From: an uncultured Candidatus Poseidoniales archaeon
Lineage (GTDB): Archaea > Thermoplasmatota > Poseidoniia > Poseidoniales > Poseidoniaceae
NCBI GenBank assembly: GCA_964015875.1
Contig: CAXHEV010000009.1
Span: 7,497 to 71,496, forward strand
DNA length: 64,000 nucleotides
Direction of reading: 5' to 3'
Below are positions 20,375 through 31,346 of the stretch, one piece after another. Position 1 is the first letter of the stretch, and every line of letters starts with the position of its first letter. A program made the translations under genes and the position numbers. Under the pieces are notes generated by a model, which was not told where the DNA came from, searched no databases, and saw nothing but the letters and a program-made list of their open reading frames with translations.

Positions 20375-21333
20375 GTGTTCATCTCCTCATGTAGACCAAT
20401 TTCTTCAATCAGTGCAAGTGCAGTGTGGCGAATCGCTTCTTCGCTGTTGTACCGCACGTCAAAACCTGTTGAAAGCATCTTCTCTATACCCAACATGGCA
20501 CGAGGGATATCGCCCGCCCATCCACGATCACCACCAGTGTATTCGATTGAGGCATCATGGCAACCCGTAGCTTCGACAACAATTTCTGCGATTCTGCGAA
20601 CAGAAGCAGTGTCATGACTGCCAAGATTGAACAAGTTGAGAGGTTCATTTGTTTTCGACATGACATGCAAAATAGCATCTGCACAATCACCGACTTCCAT
20701 GTATGACTTTTCTTGTAAGCCATTGCCGAGTACCTCGAGGCGGCTTGGATCTTTCTTCAATTTATGAATGAAGTCAAAAATGACGCCGTGGGTTCCACGG
20801 GTGCCGATAATGTTGGCAAAACGGAAAATGTAGGCTTGGATGCCAAAGGTGCCTACAAAACTGCTAATGAGGCCCTCACCTGCTTGCTTGCTTGCACCGT
20901 ACAAGGAGATCGGCATGCATGGACCATGGGTTTCTGGTGTTGGCAATGGAGCGTCTTCGCCGTAAACGACTGACGAAGAAGCAAAGGCAATGGTTTTGAC
21001 CCCATGTGTCCGCATCGCTTCCACGATGTTGTAGGTAGCAACGGTACCTTGTTTCAAGTCGGTATCCGTGACCCTTGTACCGAGCCGGATATCAGGGTTG
21101 GCTGCAAGATGAAAAACGCAATCGATACCTTTCATAGCCGAATTAACATCCTCGTATTGCGTGATGTCACCTTCGACGAGTGTCACGTTTCCACTGTCCA
21201 AGTGGGCCTGAATGAATTGGAGGTTTCCAGAGGAGAGATTGTCGATGACAACAACTTCGTCTCCACGTTGGATTAACCGGTCAATGAGGTGGGAGCCAAT
21301 GAATCCTGCGCCCCCTGTAACCAATGCTCGCAT
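20371..21333 (-). CDS. NAD-dependent epimerase/dehydratase (UDP-glucose 4-epimerase-like)
   Basis: TGGAGFIG, HLAANPD, YGASK, GWAGD. Confidence 0.92.
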   Translation of the reverse strand: MRALVTGGAGFIGSHLIDRLIQRGDEVVVIDNLSSGNLQFIQAHLDSGNVTLVEGDITQYEDVNSAMKGIDCVFHLAANPDIRLGTRVTDTDLKQGTVATYNIVEAMRTHGVKTIAFASSSVVYGEDAPLPTPETHGPCMPISLYGASKQAGEGLISSFVGTFGIQAYIFRFANIIGTRGTHGVIFDFIHKLKKDPSRLEVLGNGLQEKSYMEVGDCADAILHVMSKTNEPLNLFNLGSHDTASVRRIAEIVVEATGCHDASIEYTGGDRGWAGDIPRAMLGIEKMLSTGFDVRYNSEEAIRHTALALIEEIGLHEEMNT

Positions 21334-21457
21334 GCCTCAATCAATGAAGGCCTGCATATGAGGCTTCGCTCTTAACGTCGAGACCGCCTGTCTTATGACC
21401 GTAGAGGTTCTTGATTGAATTTGTCCACCTTAACACGGTGGGCAGTTGTGAACAATA

Positions 21458-21711
21458 TGAATAAGAAAAACACCACAAAAAACGAAGAAAGCAACGACAT
21501 GAACACCAACTTGTTGGTCGGATATGTCCGAAAGAGCAACGCAGGCGGGGCACTCAAAGTCTCGATCAACACCAGTGCCTTTGGTGACTGCGCCACCTAT
21601 GTGACCAGCGATGGACAAGCCTATGTTCCGCTTGTCATTTCCTTGAACGCTCTTGGCAAAGTCCTCAGTGGCGAGCGAGCTGTGACCACCCTCAGTCAAC
21701 TGCAAGATTGA
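21458..21711 (+). CDS. Small hypothetical protein
   Basis: ...MNTNLLVGYVRKSNAGGALKVSIN...GERAVTTLSQLQD. Start 21457-21499 uncertain. Confidence 0.65.
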
Positions 21712-21811
21712 GTCACTCTTGAGTGACGAGACCGCACCACCTCATCGATGATGACCGCCTGTTGAACACAGGAGCCGCCCGCCATTTTGCTTCGGCAGTT
21801 TGGCGGGCTTT
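21712..21811 (+). other. Structured 3' UTR / possible terminator or small RNA
   Basis: Hairpins GTCACTC/GAGTGAC, CCTGT/ACAGG and GCCCGCC/GGCGGGC (inner TGC-TTCG-GCA), followed by TTT. Confidence 0.45.
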
Positions 21812-21888
21812 CCCACTGGTTTGTAATTGTACAATGTCGACTATTGAGTGTGTATACTTCTAAATAGTGGCATGTCGGCGGAAAACTG

Positions 21889-22833
21889 GTGAAAACCATG
21901 CCAGAGCAGGAGCCCATGCCTCCATCTTTTGTTGTCGCTGGCATGCCTATGTACAACGAAGAGGAGACCATTGGCACCGTTGTAACCACCGCCCTACGGC
22001 ATGTCGATGCTGTCATTTGTATCGATGACGGGTCATCTGACTCGAGTGCTCGAATTGCTGAAGCGTGTGGGGCTATTGTGTACCGACATCGCTCAAACAG
22101 AGGCTATGGGGCTGCACTGAAAACCCTCTTCATCAAGGCACAGGAAATGAACGCTACCGCCCTCGTCGTGCTAGACAGTGATGGTCAACATGAGGCATCT
22201 GATATTCCAAAACTCTTGCAACCGATCCTGGAAGGTGAAGCTGATTTCGCCATCGGGTCTCGTTTCATCAATGGCGGTGGTGGCACCGATATGCCAGCAT
22301 ACCGACGGTTGGGGATCAAAGTTATCACAGCTGCTAGCAACCTTTCAAGCGATTTGGGTATCAAAGACACTCAATCAGGGTTCAGAGCGTTCTCAAGCAC
22401 CGCGCTTGAACGGCTCCGGTTCGATTCAGAAGGCATGGAATTGTCCCTTGAGATGCTCGAAGACGCTCGTGAAAAGCAGCTTTCTATCATTGAAGTTCCA
22501 ACCGTCATCCGCTATGATGTTCCAAAGGGCTCCAACTTCACAGCCGTGTCGCATGGTTTTACCGTGCTCACTTGGGCTTTGCTCTCCCTCTCCCAAAAGA
22601 AACCACTGCTCGTGCTCGGGCTCCCCGGCATGGGTCTGTTAGCCACGGGCGCTGCAATGGGTATGAACGCCGCTCAAGGTGTGACCAACCAACTCGACAG
22701 CATTGTAGGTCCGGGCCTCTCTGCGGTGTGGATTGGTGTTCTTGGCCTCTCATTGATGGCGACAGGTTTGGTGTTGCAAAGTGCGCGTGGATTCTTGAGG
22801 CACCTTTTGGTTCGAGAATTCGGCCTTGATTGA
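21889..22833 (+). CDS. Glycosyltransferase family 2 (polyprenol-phosphate glycosyltransferase-like)
   Basis: PMYNEE, DDGSSD, NRGYG, LDSDGQH, DTQSGFRA; C-terminal TMs. Confidence 0.92.
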   Translation: MKTMPEQEPMPPSFVVAGMPMYNEEETIGTVVTTALRHVDAVICIDDGSSDSSARIAEACGAIVYRHRSNRGYGAALKTLFIKAQEMNATALVVLDSDGQHEASDIPKLLQPILEGEADFAIGSRFINGGGGTDMPAYRRLGIKVITAASNLSSDLGIKDTQSGFRAFSSTALERLRFDSEGMELSLEMLEDAREKQLSIIEVPTVIRYDVPKGSNFTAVSHGFTVLTWALLSLSQKKPLLVLGLPGMGLLATGAAMGMNAAQGVTNQLDSIVGPGLSAVWIGVLGLSLMATGLVLQSARGFLRHLLVREFGLD

Positions 22834-22866
22834 GCCAAGCTGTATCCTAGTATTGCCATCGGTTGA

Positions 22867-25776
22867 ATGAGTATCATTCAAGACCCTGCGCAACATGCAC
22901 TAGCCATGGCAAGCCCATCTGGCGAGACCGAGAGTGGCCTTGCCGCTTTCCTGAAACCTCTGTCTGATGTGCAGGAACGATTCAAAGAGGGCTCGATGAA
23001 ACGCCTTGATTCGATGTATGACAATATCCTTGCCTCACCAATGATGGTGGTGGTCCTTCTGATTCTTATCGCTGGAGCTTTTGGCAGCCAAGGATTAGAC
23101 TTCCAAGAACAGATCGACGACGATGTTGAAATTTTTCTCCCCGATGGCGCGCCTTCCACAGAACTGTTGTTGGAGGTTCGTGAAGAATGGTCCACTGACA
23201 TTGCAGTGATTTACATCCAAACACCCAATGCCATGGATCCAAGTTTCACAACAAACATCACGGATGAACAATTTCTCAAAGAAATGAGTTGGGTCGAAGG
23301 CGATGACGACAATGCAAATGGCGATCGGACGGGTCGCGGCATCGACTATGCAAAGGAAGACCATGGGCGCAGCGATGGAGTTCTTTGGATTATTTCCCCT
23401 GCACAGGTCATCAAGGAGGTTAATTCAGCAGATGGCCGATTTAACAATTCACTCTGCGTTCACGGGATTAACACCAGAATCCCAGTCGAGGTCAATTGTG
23501 ACCTTCCTGGTGGAGGGCGCTACGCCATTCCAGACCAGCAACGAATCGATCAAATCATTGAGGAATCAGAAGGTGGATTTGATGCATTGTTCAAGGACAC
23601 CAATGACATGAACCCGTTTGAAGACACCGACGGGGATGGAAATTTCACCAACGACATTGACGGAGACGGGATTTGGGATACTGCCGCAATTCTGGTCGGC
23701 ATGAAAAGCGACCTTTCGGAAACCAAGGACTATGCAGATTTTACTGAATTGTTGGACCATTTCCAAGAAGTCATCGATGCGAGGCCAACAGAATACACCA
23801 ACACAGAAATGACTGTCACGGGCCTAACCAAAGTGCTCGAGGATATTTCTGATGCCATTTACGAAGATCTGTTGATGATTCTTCCGTGGTCGGTCTTGTT
23901 CACCATCCTCGTCATCACAACCCTGCACCGATCTGCGAAGGTTGTCTTCATCACCGGAACGCCGATTGTCATGGCGCTTGCAGTGACCTTTGGCAGCTCT
24001 GTGATTCTCGACATTACGTTAACACCGATGATTGTAGCAACGTTCCCAATCTTAATTGGTCTAGGGGTCGATTATGCACTGCACATGGTCAATCGAATTG
24101 AAGAAGTGCGGCGGAAGGAAATTGACAAAGCTAACAATGAAAACGCTCGGCGACGGAGAAAAGGGGAACCACTGGAACCAGTCCCTGACTTATGGGACAT
24201 CAACTTCTATCGAGATTGTGTACTCGAAATGACACGCTCAACCGGTGTCGCAGTTTTCCTTTCTGCAATGACGACGGTCATTGGTTTCTCGGTATTAATT
24301 GCACCAAACATTGTCCCAATTTCACCGATTCGATCTGTTGGGATTACCCTTGTGATTGGTATACTGTCAACCTTGTTGTTCAGCATCATTTTGGTACCAA
24401 CCCTCGCATGGTTGCTCAAATTTAACAAGCGAAGCAACCCATCGATGTGGAAAAACATCGGTACTTGGCCAGTGAAGTGGTTCTTGGTCATCTTACTCGT
24501 TTCAGGGAGCGTGACTGCTTATGGTGTAGCGAATCTCGACAAAATGAATGAACCGATTACCGGTTCATCCGAGGCCCCCGACGGTATTGATTCGCTCAAT
24601 TCTTTGGCAAAATATTCACGAGAGTTTAGTGGCGGACAAACATCACTCTTCATCTTCAATGCTGAGGAGCGAACCGCTGAGGCGATGGAAAACAATACCC
24701 AGAACATTCGTGATTTACCGGTACTAGACGCCATTGATGCGCTTGAAACCCAAATCGATGGTGTCGATGAAACGAACACCACCAGCATCATCACTTTCCT
24801 ACGTACAATACCAGCAACCATCACCCTTGCTGATGGCGTCACGCTGTATGAGGGGAGCCTGTGGGATTTACTCCATGACCCGTGTTGGGAGAGCAACGAT
24901 CCCATCCAATGCAATGTTTGGCTTGGCCTCGAGTTGACGGGGCCTGAAGGTCGCAAAGGATTACGAAAGGACATGGTCAACGTTGTGTTTGATACCTTGA
25001 CAGAGGAAGTTCGTTCGATGCTTCTCAATGAAGCCGGAACCAAAGCCATCGTCTACGTCACACAGCCATACATGAACCTCAATGTAGCTGGTGAACTAAG
25101 GGAGGAAATCGATGAAATGTTGTCCCAAGAGCCAATGGTGGCCAAAACGAGCACGTCGCTTCTGACTGGTGGTTTGCCGGTATCGCTTGACATCAATGAT
25201 GGAATTCATGATACTCAAAGCACGACCACGATCGTGACTTTACTGCTTTTGACCCTCGTCCTGTCGATTGTTTTCAGGTCGCCTCGTTTGGGCATTTACA
25301 CTATGATTCCAGTTGCTGTGGTCATTCTTTGGCAACCGTTATTGATGCAGAGTGGGGATGTCAACGTCAACATCTTCACGGCGATGATTGGCACGATTGT
25401 CTTTGGAATAGGTGTTGATGATTCGATTCACGTGATGCACCGTATTCAGGAAGAAGGCGAAACGCCGAATGGCATCGCAAACGCTATTGAAGAAACTGGC
25501 CAGACCATTTTTGAAACGACAATTACAACCATCTCAGGCATCGCTGCGGGTTTCCTTGCAGCGTTCCCAGGCTTGGAGAATTTCTTCATGATCATGTGTT
25601 TGCTCATCTTCTTTGCATTCATTACCAGTGCGTTCCTTCTTCCAGCAGTCTTCACCCTTGAACACACTGCTCGGGCCAAGTTACTCGGAGAAGAAGCTTG
25701 GCGTGATTATGGCGATGGTATTGCCCTTGCGTCTCCAATCTCAATGAAAACGCTCGATGCTGTGCTTGAAGATTGA
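22867..25776 (+). CDS. MMPL/RND (HAE3-type) transporter
   Basis: GLGVDYALH and GIGVDDSIH repeats; DxDGDG loops in the first extracellular domain. Confidence 0.92.
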   Translation: MSIIQDPAQHALAMASPSGETESGLAAFLKPLSDVQERFKEGSMKRLDSMYDNILASPMMVVVLLILIAGAFGSQGLDFQEQIDDDVEIFLPDGAPSTELLLEVREEWSTDIAVIYIQTPNAMDPSFTTNITDEQFLKEMSWVEGDDDNANGDRTGRGIDYAKEDHGRSDGVLWIISPAQVIKEVNSADGRFNNSLCVHGINTRIPVEVNCDLPGGGRYAIPDQQRIDQIIEESEGGFDALFKDTNDMNPFEDTDGDGNFTNDIDGDGIWDTAAILVGMKSDLSETKDYADFTELLDHFQEVIDARPTEYTNTEMTVTGLTKVLEDISDAIYEDLLMILPWSVLFTILVITTLHRSAKVVFITGTPIVMALAVTFGSSVILDITLTPMIVATFPILIGLGVDYALHMVNRIEEVRRKEIDKANNENARRRRKGEPLEPVPDLWDINFYRDCVLEMTRSTGVAVFLSAMTTVIGFSVLIAPNIVPISPIRSVGITLVIGILSTLLFSIILVPTLAWLLKFNKRSNPSMWKNIGTWPVKWFLVILLVSGSVTAYGVANLDKMNEPITGSSEAPDGIDSLNSLAKYSREFSGGQTSLFIFNAEERTAEAMENNTQNIRDLPVLDAIDALETQIDGVDETNTTSIITFLRTIPATITLADGVTLYEGSLWDLLHDPCWESNDPIQCNVWLGLELTGPEGRKGLRKDMVNVVFDTLTEEVRSMLLNEAGTKAIVYVTQPYMNLNVAGELREEIDEMLSQEPMVAKTSTSLLTGGLPVSLDINDGIHDTQSTTTIVTLLLLTLVLSIVFRSPRLGIYTMIPVAVVILWQPLLMQSGDVNVNIFTAMIGTIVFGIGVDDSIHVMHRIQEEGETPNGIANAIEETGQTIFETTITTISGIAAGFLAAFPGLENFFMIMCLLIFFAFITSAFLLPAVFTLEHTARAKLLGEEAWRDYGDGIALASPISMKTLDAVLED

Positions 25777-25809
25777 ACCTGTTCGTTCACCTGTTAAGGC
25801 AATCAAAGT

Positions 25810-26112
25810 GGAGGGAGTAGGGAGTAAGCCCCTTTCTGTTACCTTTCGGCGACCGCATTCAACTTAGCGTCCTACCTGTCCCTCGGCGTGCCGCTTTGAC
25901 GGGACTGTTTGGACTTGCTCCAACGGGGTTGCTCGTCTCATCGACCACAAGGCAATCTCCGTCTTTCAACATCATTGTACACACCTTGTATCGTTCGTTT
26001 CTGCTGCATTGACCTGACCATTTCTGTTCTCTTACTTGTGTAAGCCGTCTGCACTGTGGAGAGGGGACTTTCCTCAGAGTCGAACTCTGTCAGCGATCCT
26101 CCTACTCCCTCC
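25810..26112 (-). ncRNA. rnpB: RNase P RNA (archaeal type A)
   Basis: Minus strand: P1 GGAGGGAGTAGG/CCTACTCCCTCC; CR-I GAGGAAAGTCC; CAGAAA; GGAGCAAG; CR-V AACAGAAAGGGGCTTA; P8 CTTAC/GTAAG present. Confidence 0.95.
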
Positions 26113-26162
26113 AAGACGGCCTTGAGCGTCGAGGATTCAAACCCTTCGTTGTAAGAAACCCA

Positions 26163-29100
26163 TCATTTGTAGGGGTTTTCGCCAGGCGATGACGGGGCTT
26201 GTGGAGCCCCGTAAGGCCCTGATGCCGGTGTGTTTTGAACTGGTTGTTGAGGTGTTGATAGTGACTGCCTCAATTGTTGTTGAGCAACGGAATTGTATTG
26301 TTTAGCAGGTGCTCCTTGTAGGCCAAAAATGAGCACACCAACAAGAGAAACGGTAAGCAAAAAGATGATGACGAGAAGTATTGGATTGACGGCCGCAACG
26401 CTTCCAAGGAAGCCTTCTGTACGTGGTTCGTCGACAAATACGGTGTTGGTTTTCGATGAATCTCCATTGATGATGTGGTACTCAATCCACATGGTACCGG
26501 AACGATCTGGCATCCATTCCTTCGTGTAATCAAACTGACCACCTGCGGGAATCTCGATCTCACGTGCGTCGATTCGAGTTCGAGCGCCGTTGCTTTCAAC
26601 ACGTTCGACGAACATTTGCGCCTTACCATCGGCTAAGCCATTGTTTTCGATGGTCACACTCAAACGAAGAACATCACCTTCTGCAATGTCCTTTGATGGC
26701 TTCATGCTCGGATTTAGGAATGCATATTCTGCAACGCGTTGCTCAAGCGTCCATACTGATAACGGAGCATCGAGGTCATTGAAAATCGGTGACATTTCAT
26801 GGCCAGCAATATCTGATCCAGTGACATAGATGTGGAGTTCAAGGGATTCTGTGCGCATTGATGAAGTGATTATCTCATCAAGATTCAACACACCTTCGGT
26901 TGGAATCATTGTGCCGTACGGTTTTCCACCGACAACAACGAGGTCGATAGAACCGTTGACAACAACAGGTGTCGAGATACTCACACCTGCTTGACGAATA
27001 GCCCAATTAAGTTTCAAATCAATTTCGTTGAGACGGTCTTCTTCATCGATCATAATGGAAAACTTGAGCTCTTGCCACATTGATTCGCCAATCACCTCGT
27101 TAACCATTGGCGAGGCAACCCCGACAATGCTTGGTTCATCCTGATCCACAATGAAGTAGGCATAGGGTGCAGCGTCACTGCGATCGATGGCTCCGTTGGG
27201 TGGAGATGCCAAGTCAATGCTCAGGCCGTAAGTACCGGGGGCCAGTGGTGAAATCATGGTGTCATTGAACGACCCGTTCACGGATTCAATAGTCGCTTCA
27301 ATCCCACCTAAATCCAAGAGGAGATCGATGGCCTGCATGACAGGTTTGTGTGAACGATGCCATACCATATCGCCAACCACGCCGATATCTGATCGTGGTT
27401 GAATCCAGGTACCAAGACCGTCCATTTCGGACCCATCGGTTGTAAATGACATGCTTGAGCGAGGAATTTCCAGTTCGCCTGAAAATTGCCAATCAAGATC
27501 AAACAAGGTCGCAATATTCGACTGACCGGAGCGGTCGTGGAGGAGTAACGAAGGCGTTCGGATCAAACTTACATCGGGATTGAATCCCCATTCGAGGCTG
27601 AAATTCACAGTAAATTGGCCTTCTGTTGAAAATACTGCAGAGGCATCGATTGGGTGGAGGGCGCATGACTCGACCTCGAGGAACATTTCGTTTGTTGTGC
27701 AGATGTTGGTTGTTGCATTCCAAAGAATCGTCACTGGAGTGAGATGATTGCTTGCCAGATCGATTTCAACCGTTTCGAGATCGGTAATGCCATTGAGGTC
27801 CCATACCGGTACTGTCAGGGAGTTTGTTTCGCCAGGATGAAGCCAATTGCCCTCTGCTCCCCAAGAGGCGGGGGTCGCACCCAATTGTGGAGCACCATCG
27901 TTATTGATTTGGACGTTGAAAAGTGGTGCATCAAAGCTGCCAGAGGCAAGCATTGGATTGCCCGCTACGTCGGCCACATCAAGCCAACCTCGAAGCATGG
28001 ATCCTGTCTGGTAGGATGAAGAATCAAAGGCGTAGACATACCTTCCTTGGGTGTTCGTACGGTTATTTGGAAGGTCGAGTGGGTGAATAGAGACTTCATT
28101 GGTATCCATGAAGCCGTTCATGTTGACATCATCAATCCACGAGCGCCATAGGTGGACATAGGCATGAGAGGGTAAAACAGGACGATCGGCTATAATGAAA
28201 TCGAGTGATGTTGATGGGGATGCATCAAGATGGTCAAATGGATTGACGTTCATTTGCAACAGTTCAGGTGCAACGGTATCGAAGTTGAATTCCACAACAT
28301 GGTCCACTGCATAACTTACCGATTGGCCTTGAAGAGGTGTCAATTCAATCTCCAGTTTGACACTTTGTTGGTTAATTGGTACGGACCATGGGAATGAAGC
28401 AATTCCTTCTTGCAGCACGGAAGTGCATTGATTCTGGACATCATTGACAATAAAACACACATCGACGCTTCCAGTACGTGGCGATGGGCTGTCCTCAACA
28501 TCCTCAAATGCGATCACTGCTTCAATGGTCACAACCTCTCCGGGGTGCAAGTAAGGGTGAGAAAGTTCAGAATAAACGCCTTGGGTGTTGACTGAACGCC
28601 AAGTTTGAAGTTCGACATCATTCTCAACTCCGAGCGAATCTCCGAGACCGTAGTTTACGCTCACTGGAAGCATAGGCCCAATTGGCGAGATGAGGTTCAC
28701 CGATACTGTGAGCGATGCTTCATCGTCCCATTGTTCAGTGAATTTGAACCTATGATCAATTTGAAGGAATGAACCACTCCCAACCATCGTTTTGGAACCT
28801 TCAGCTCCGTTCGATGTCCAAATCATCGGCGTGCCTTGAGTCGCACAGCCAAGGCTTCCAGTTGCTGGAAGAGAGATGAATGGGCATGTGGTTTGTGAGG
28901 AACGAACCGCTCCTTGGAGTTGTAAGACAACAGACCATCCATTCGATTTGACATAGGATGCAGCATCAGTGACGCCAAGTGGCGAGAAGTCGAATGTGCT
29001 GCTCACTTCAATCCACTCTTCCGAAGGCGTGAATGTATCCGTCACATTGCTGACATCGATCGATACGGGTTCGATCGATGCCTGTGTGTCGATTTGATCA

Positions 29101-31211
29101 ATGGTCAAGTGGATCGCACCTGTTGAACTCATTCGGACTGGGAGCGTGATGGTCTTGAATCCACCAACAGCAGTAGCTGATTGAAGTTGGCTGTTCAGGG
29201 CGACCACAAGGGCATCACTGGCGCTAAAATCGATTTCCAATGCGCCATCATATGGTGCAAAAACCCCACCTGCAATGATGGTGCTGGTGGAGGTTGTAGA
29301 ACCTATAGAAAGTTGCACAGGAACCATTGGCAGACCTTTCACACCATGAGTTGGAGTAGCTTGTGAGAGTGCAGAATTGAGTGTGTTCAATTCCGCATCA
29401 GTCAAGGTCACAAGCGAGAGATCTTGGACGGTGGACAACGAGGTTGTCACGATGTTTTGGCCTGCAATGCTCAAGCGAACCGTTGGATTGACACAAGGCG
29501 AAGAGGGTGATGCAAAGGCAAATTCGAACGCCTCAACACCATCGATGGGTAATGCCACGTCATAATGTGCTGGTGCACTTGTGCTTGACGCCCTTGATTG
29601 CCAAAAATCACCGTTGACAAAACGGTCTTGAATACCTAGGCGACCGACTTCAGGGAGGTTCATCGACCAATCACTCACACCATCTAAGCCGACATCGAAA
29701 CGAAGACCATCAACTACACTGGTGCGAACCAATTCGACATCTAAGGTTTCCAAGCCCCATGTGCCACCAGAGGAGATCATGCGAAACTGAGCAGTGAATG
29801 CCGGTGCGTCAAACCAATGGTAGACACCTGAATCGAGATCCACCCATGTAGAGCCACCATCGATGGAGGCTTGCAACGTGCCTGGTCCTATGATGTCGCT
29901 GTTCGATATCATGCCTGCAAAACCACTGCGCAGGTTGTATTCCGGAGAAGATGCAGTGCCTGAACCAGCAAGTTCACTGTCCCTCCAGATGACGTTTTGA
30001 AGGAGCCATCCTTGTGGCGTGGGGTCTTCGTTGAATTCATGATATACGGACCCGTCAAAGTGGAAGCCGTGCACAGATGGCAATCCAGTCGAACCCGAGG
30101 CGAGATGCAAGTCGATGCGAACAAGAGGATGAATTCTCCAGTCAACCATACCTAGGTCGACGGTGACATCAGTCATGTGCTCGAAGCCCGGAACCGGTTG
30201 ATTCGTGACAGCATCCAACAAGCGCCATTCAAAGACAGCGTCTCCTGGAATGGAAGCATCCATGTGAAGCAATCCAAATGCTTTCGATTCACCCTGACCA
30301 AATTGACTTGGTCCGAAGGCTGGCGAGGTCCAATTTCCTTCACCCGAAGAGATACCTGAATTGGTTGGCATCACCGAAACATCGTCAACATTCCAACCGT
30401 CATAATTGACCGAACTGTCGGTCGTACCTATGCCAAATCGAACTTGGAAGGCAGGATTGTTGAGGACGTAATTGTTGATATTGATGGTTTGTAGCGAAAA
30501 TGAACTGTCTTGGGTATACCCCGAAGAATACACGTTTGCCCAGACACCATTCGTGCCTTTGACAGCGACATAAGCATGGTCCCATGTTGCGCTTTCAATG
30601 CTAAGTCGCTTCATGAAGGAAAGCTCCCACGCACCCGAACACGATGAGCAGTCCATGACAGGAGAAGTTGCCCAAATGGTTGTACCCATGCTGTTTGGAT
30701 AATTGCCGTTGTAGGTGTAGATCGCTTTTGTCCCACTGCTGACGCCTGCTGTTGGGCCAAGAACAGTGTCATAACCCCACAACCAAGCTGGGCTACCAAG
30801 CGTCCATCCGTGATTAGCGCTTTCGAAGTCCCATTCCCACCCTTGAGGAAGAATCGACAATGAAGAGCCGTTGACGTCCATTCCATCATAGGTGGAGCCT
30901 GTTGAAAAATCAGCTGCATCGGTCCAAGCGTTAGCCATGGAGGATTGCAGGCGAGCAGGTTCAAGTTCCACATCAAGGCCTTGAATGGCTTCTCCATCAG
31001 GGATTTCCAGTTCAATCTTAGTGCTCGCACCATCAGGGAAGGAGCCTACGGTGATGCTTTCAGCTTGTCCTAATGTCACCGCACTGTGAATGGATTGCTG
31101 CTCAGTAAAAGATGGCTGTTCTACGGCACTATACCCCTGCAAGAGGGTAGAACACATGAACAAAAAAACCACGGCGACAGCGGTCAAACTGGCCCGACTT
31201 GACGCCCCCAT
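26163..31211 (-). CDS. Very large secreted surface protein (jelly-roll/Ig-like domains, CARDB-like, C-terminal TM)
   Basis: Signal peptide from MGASSRAS; ...YDGWNVDDV jelly-roll motif; VTIENNG CARDB-like; TM then Gln/Pro-rich tail. Confidence 0.8.
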   Translation of the reverse strand: MGASSRASLTAVAVVFLFMCSTLLQGYSAVEQPSFTEQQSIHSAVTLGQAESITVGSFPDGASTKIELEIPDGEAIQGLDVELEPARLQSSMANAWTDAADFSTGSTYDGMDVNGSSLSILPQGWEWDFESANHGWTLGSPAWLWGYDTVLGPTAGVSSGTKAIYTYNGNYPNSMGTTIWATSPVMDCSSCSGAWELSFMKRLSIESATWDHAYVAVKGTNGVWANVYSSGYTQDSSFSLQTININNYVLNNPAFQVRFGIGTTDSSVNYDGWNVDDVSVMPTNSGISSGEGNWTSPAFGPSQFGQGESKAFGLLHMDASIPGDAVFEWRLLDAVTNQPVPGFEHMTDVTVDLGMVDWRIHPLVRIDLHLASGSTGLPSVHGFHFDGSVYHEFNEDPTPQGWLLQNVIWRDSELAGSGTASSPEYNLRSGFAGMISNSDIIGPGTLQASIDGGSTWVDLDSGVYHWFDAPAFTAQFRMISSGGTWGLETLDVELVRTSVVDGLRFDVGLDGVSDWSMNLPEVGRLGIQDRFVNGDFWQSRASSTSAPAHYDVALPIDGVEAFEFAFASPSSPCVNPTVRLSIAGQNIVTTSLSTVQDLSLVTLTDAELNTLNSALSQATPTHGVKGLPMVPVQLSIGSTTSTSTIIAGGVFAPYDGALEIDFSASDALVVALNSQLQSATAVGGFKTITLPVRMSSTGAIHLTIDQIDTQASIEPVSIDVSNVTDTFTPSEEWIEVSSTFDFSPLGVTDAASYVKSNGWSVVLQLQGAVRSSQTTCPFISLPATGSLGCATQGTPMIWTSNGAEGSKTMVGSGSFLQIDHRFKFTEQWDDEASLTVSVNLISPIGPMLPVSVNYGLGDSLGVENDVELQTWRSVNTQGVYSELSHPYLHPGEVVTIEAVIAFEDVEDSPSPRTGSVDVCFIVNDVQNQCTSVLQEGIASFPWSVPINQQSVKLEIELTPLQGQSVSYAVDHVVEFNFDTVAPELLQMNVNPFDHLDASPSTSLDFIIADRPVLPSHAYVHLWRSWIDDVNMNGFMDTNEVSIHPLDLPNNRTNTQGRYVYAFDSSSYQTGSMLRGWLDVADVAGNPMLASGSFDAPLFNVQINNDGAPQLGATPASWGAEGNWLHPGETNSLTVPVWDLNGITDLETVEIDLASNHLTPVTILWNATTNICTTNEMFLEVESCALHPIDASAVFSTEGQFTVNFSLEWGFNPDVSLIRTPSLLLHDRSGQSNIATLFDLDWQFSGELEIPRSSMSFTTDGSEMDGLGTWIQPRSDIGVVGDMVWHRSHKPVMQAIDLLLDLGGIEATIESVNGSFNDTMISPLAPGTYGLSIDLASPPNGAIDRSDAAPYAYFIVDQDEPSIVGVASPMVNEVIGESMWQELKFSIMIDEEDRLNEIDLKLNWAIRQAGVSISTPVVVNGSIDLVVVGGKPYGTMIPTEGVLNLDEIITSSMRTESLELHIYVTGSDIAGHEMSPIFNDLDAPLSVWTLEQRVAEYAFLNPSMKPSKDIAEGDVLRLSVTIENNGLADGKAQMFVERVESNGARTRIDAREIEIPAGGQFDYTKEWMPDRSGTMWIEYHIINGDSSKTNTVFVDEPRTEGFLGSVAAVNPILLVIIFLLTVSLVGVLIFGLQGAPAKQYNSVAQQQLRQSLSTPQQPVQNTPASGPYGAPQAPSSPGENPYK

Positions 31212-31346
31212 GTTCGCTTCCACGCACCTCGGCAGGTGAAAAGACTTCGGACTCCACCTCTTGTTCATCCCTACGGGATGGTTCGAAGAAAAGTCTGACA
31301 AATAGTGAGCAAAGCCTCATTGACTCCCCTCGCCCGAAGGTAGACC

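Noticed and set aside
21745-21770. C/D box sRNA (ATGATGA)
   Set aside because: No matching CTGA D box at a suitable distance.
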